Part shown: piece after piece, positions 60,902-64,000 of the stretch
Numbering within the stretch: position 1 is the stretch's first letter
Layout: the number at the start of each line of letters is the position of its first letter
Source: Microbotryum violaceum
Lineage: Eukaryota
Direction: 5' to 3'
Length of the DNA stretch: 64,000 nucleotides
Assembly: GCA_001244265.2 (NCBI GenBank)
Contig: LN717261.1
Location: forward strand, 62,001 to 126,000
Position numbers and translations under genes: made by a program
Notes under the pieces: model-generated
The model's database searches: none
Told to the model about the DNA's origin: nothing
The model's input: the letters and a program-made list of their open reading frames with translations, nothing else

Positions 60902-62117
60902 CTAATCATCCTCATCCTCATCCTCATCGTCGTCCCCACCCCCCTCCCCTGCTATCCCCCCTTGTGCCGTATTCTCAAACTCGCCCACCTCTTCCATCTC
61001 TTCATCCTCGCCATCGTCATCGTCTTCATCATCGTCATCGCCATCCTCCTCCTCTTCCTCTGGCTGCTCTCCATTCACTTTCGGCGCCTGACCCTGACCC
61101 TGACCCTGAATCGGTACCTCCTCCTCTTCTTCTTCTTCTTCCTCCTCCTCCTCCTCATCATCATCATCACTCCCAAACAATCCCTCCCCTTCCTCTTCTT
61201 CCTCCTCCTCCTCCGCACCTGCACCTACACCTGCACCTACACCTGCACCTGCACCTACACCTGCACCTGCACCCATCCTCATCCCTCCCACCGCATCATC
61301 CCCACCTCTCAAAGAAGTCTCCAACCCACCCTGCGGCGGTAAGACCGCACCCTTCTCCGACCTAGGTACGATCGAAAAATTAGGAGCTGTCAACCTCTGA
61401 CTTTGAGGTGGTAATCTAATTCCATAAACTTCTGGAACGGGTGGTAAAGGGTTCGAATTGATTTGAGTGGCTAAATCGAGTAGGAACTGTAACAAAAATA
61501 GCAGGGGAATTAATTTCCCTCCTTGAAAAACGAGGAGGGGGAAAAAGCTTACTTCTTTGGGTATACTATTACTTTCTTGTTTGGCTTGTACGGCCAATCT
61601 AACGTCCTCGATCGAAGGAATCAAATTGATGACCGCTCCTGAAGGGTTCGAAGGTTGACCTCTAGCATGTTCAGCGTAAACGAGAGCGTCGGAAACGATA
61701 TCTGCCGTATAACCTGAAAAACCCAAATAATTGGGGACGTGAGCTTGGTTCGCTTTCTATGCCAGTTTTTTTGGGGGTGAAAAACTTACGATGTGCGAAT
61801 TCGACCAGCATTCTGATGACGGCTGGTTCGGCATCACTTGCACCATTAGCGGCCAAGAGGAGAGCGATCAATCTCGCATCCCGTGGGAGGAGATCGTGTT
61901 GGTTCGTCAAGGTTGCAGTGGGTTTGGTCTTGTCGGCGGTGGTGGTGGAGGGTGCGTCTACGGAGGATTGGGTTGGGGTTGGTTGTTGCGGGGGGAGAGT
62001 GGTAGAGGAAGCGGGGTCGCCATCCTGTTCGAGGAGTGGATGAGTGGATGAGTGGATGAGTGTGGGTGGGTGTAGAGTGCAGTGCAGTGCAGTGCGGGTG
62101 TGGGAGGAAAGGTCCAC
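60902..62117 (-). CDS. TAF9: TFIID/SAGA subunit Taf9 with long acidic tail; start codon unresolved
   Basis: LPRDARLIALLL...VIRMLVEFAHR|YTADIVSDALVYAEHA...EDVRLAV...PKE|FLLDLATQINSNPLP...GIRLPP...LTAPNF: the Taf9 histone fold and conserved C-terminal region. Confidence 0.93.
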
Positions 62118-62481
62118 AAGTTTGAAACTGGTCGCGGTGAAGTCGGCTCAGGCTGCCGGTAATAGGCACTTTATAATAAATAGGTTGTAACGAGCTGAAC
62201 GAGCTGAAATCGCTGCCGAGGCGCGTGGCCGGCCAGCCAGGTGACGACGGTCGTCAGCTTTTAGTTTTGGTTTTAGTTTTAGTTTTAGTTTTAGTTTTGC
62301 TTAGGCTCCTCCTCGCCAGCGAACAAGCTACTCTCCCAGCCAGCTTTCTCTTTCTCGTTCTCTTTCTTTCCCAAACTCGCAAGCTACTCTCCCAGCCAGC
62401 TTTCTCGTTCTCTTTTTTTCCCAAACTCGAGTTGCTGTCCTGGCACCTGCCCCGCTGCACCCCGTTCCTCGATCGACCACG
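62118..62481. promoter_or_regulatory. Bidirectional TAF9/TAF4 intergenic region
   Basis: Divergent genes about 0.4 kb apart. AT-rich ctttataataaa at ~62170, (TTTTAG)n at 62260-62299, and a duplicated caagctactctcccagccagctttctc. Confidence 0.65.
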
Positions 62482-64000
62482 ATGCCATCCGCCTCGTCAC
62501 CCCCACCTCCCTCCCAATCGCCAGCCACAGTCTCCACACCAACGGCCTCTGCCTCCGTCAGTACTCCCAAACCGGGTGCGGGTCGTACAGGCGGTGGATT
62601 ACAGCTTCCCGGTGCGCTGGGGAACAAGGGCAAGACGAAAGCTAATCCGAGTGCGGAAACGAGTCGTACGTTTCGTTTCGGGTATCATCCGATCCGCGCC
62701 TGTGTTTATCTAACTACTAGTCGGAACCCTTACTCAACTTGGGTGCGTTTTGGGGGGGGGGGCTGCGAATAGGTAATAATACGACCAGAGATACTTTGAA
62801 AGAGTAGGTCCTGAACTCTGTCAACTTGTGATGACCGTTTTCGTTTTCCTAGTTCCCTACTAACCCTCTTCCGCTCTCTCTCTCTCTCTCTCTCTAACCC
62901 TCTCCCTCTCTCTCTCTCTTCCGCTCTCTCTCTCTTCTCTCTCTCTATTCAGACCCCACGAAACTACCACAAACACAAACACGACCACGGGCAAATTCGA
63001 ACATGAACCGAGCACGAACGTACAACACCTCATGGACGCTGTAGGAGCGAGTGGAGTTGATATCAACGTTCGTTTTAATCTAGCCTAACTAAGCCCCCCC
63101 AACCCCTAACCCCTAAAAAGAACCCCAATCTAAATCCTGACCCCAATCTAAATCCTGACCCCAATCTAAATCCTGAACCCTTCTTCCCAGGCCGAAGAAG
63201 ATTCACTACGACAACATCAACCTGTCCGATCTCACTTCAACACCACCTCTACTTCCCAACAACCCAACCCATCCACAACCCACACCCATACCCACACCCA
63301 CACCCACACCGCCACCACCGCCGCCTCCTCCGCACCTTCCACCTCAACCCTAACCGACCTCGACCTCCGAATCCATTCCCAATCCTTCATCGACCCTCAA
63401 GTTCTCGCCGACGTAGTTCGTAAAATCGCCGCCGAATATTCACTCAAAAGTTTAGAAGGTCAAACCATTCCTTTGATCGCTTTGGCTTGTCGAACTAGGT
63501 TAATGGATTTAATTTCCAATTCGATTCGAGTGAGGGATCATCGTCTAAATGCGAATCATTTAAGGAAACCTCCTTTTGATAATCAACTCAAGAGGAGAAG
63601 GAGGGATCAAGCTTTAGGGCAGGAGTATAGAGTACATGAGGAGGAGGATATGTTACAGGAAGGTAAAAAGGAACCTGTTTGGGACGCCGTCGTTTATGAT
63701 GAACCGGAAAAGGCTTTGTGGGTTTTGGAAAAGGTGGATAGGGAGGAAGAGAGGAAGAGGAGGAGGGAGAGGGTCTTGAGGGATGAGAAGGAACAAGAGG
63801 AGAAGGAATTGAGGGAAGCTGTCGAGGCGAGTGAGCGAGCACGTGAGGAGCAAGAACGCGATGATATCGCTATTTCCACCCCTGGTGTTGATGGTACCGA
63901 TCAAACGATGACGAATACGCTAGCTTCGACGGGCGGTATGGAAACGCCAAAATCGAACCCTCTTTTGAAGAAGAAGAAGAAGCGCGATTTGGGTCAAGCC
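62482..64000 (+). CDS. TAF4: TFIID subunit Taf4, 3' end runs off the window
   Basis: Spliced translation ...LMDAVGASGVDIN|AEEDSL...FIDPQVLADVVRKIAAEY...IALACRTRLMDLI...DHR...WDAVVYDEPEKALWVLEKVDREEE. Matches the Taf4 SGVD-xxEE motif and histone fold. Intron 2 has an 18-bp repeat x3 (63122-63178). Confidence 0.85.

Noticed and set aside
63095-63180. CCCTAA-like telomeric repeats
   Set aside because: Only two imperfect units plus an 18-bp tandem repeat inside a TAF4 intron; not a telomere.

Overview
Intron-rich basidiomycete fungal DNA (GT-AG introns with CTRAY branch points). It is most likely an anther-smut Microbotryum-type genome; this is inferred from gene style and from a 107-aa secreted protein I recall as resembling MVLG_04106, and it needs BLAST confirmation. 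The window mixes core genes with accessory blocks. Core genes: a myosin regulatory light chain, RPB6 (absent from the ORF track because of short exons), TAF1, a DUF3292-like protein, a VIT-vWA protein, a DNAJC3-like TPR/J protein, Rqc1/TCF25, an orphan D-box protein, a WW protein, TAF9 and TAF4. Four Pol II initiation genes form two head-to-head pairs (RPB6/TAF1 and TAF9/TAF4) in microsatellite-rich islands. Accessory content: (1) a tandem array of 3-exon small secreted Cys-rich genes (three intact, one pseudogene), split by a 7.9-kb apparently autonomous CACTA/EnSpm element with CTCTA termini and extra genes, itself next to or inside a DUF6589-like remnant; (2) a second family of 4-exon, 8-Cys secreted genes in three dispersed copies; (3) copia and gypsy relics, a TGT...ACA MITE with a 5-bp TSD, and several repeat families. 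I recognised no tRNA, rRNA or CRISPR features. All exon models were built by hand from splice signals, and family assignments come from remembered motifs, not database searches.
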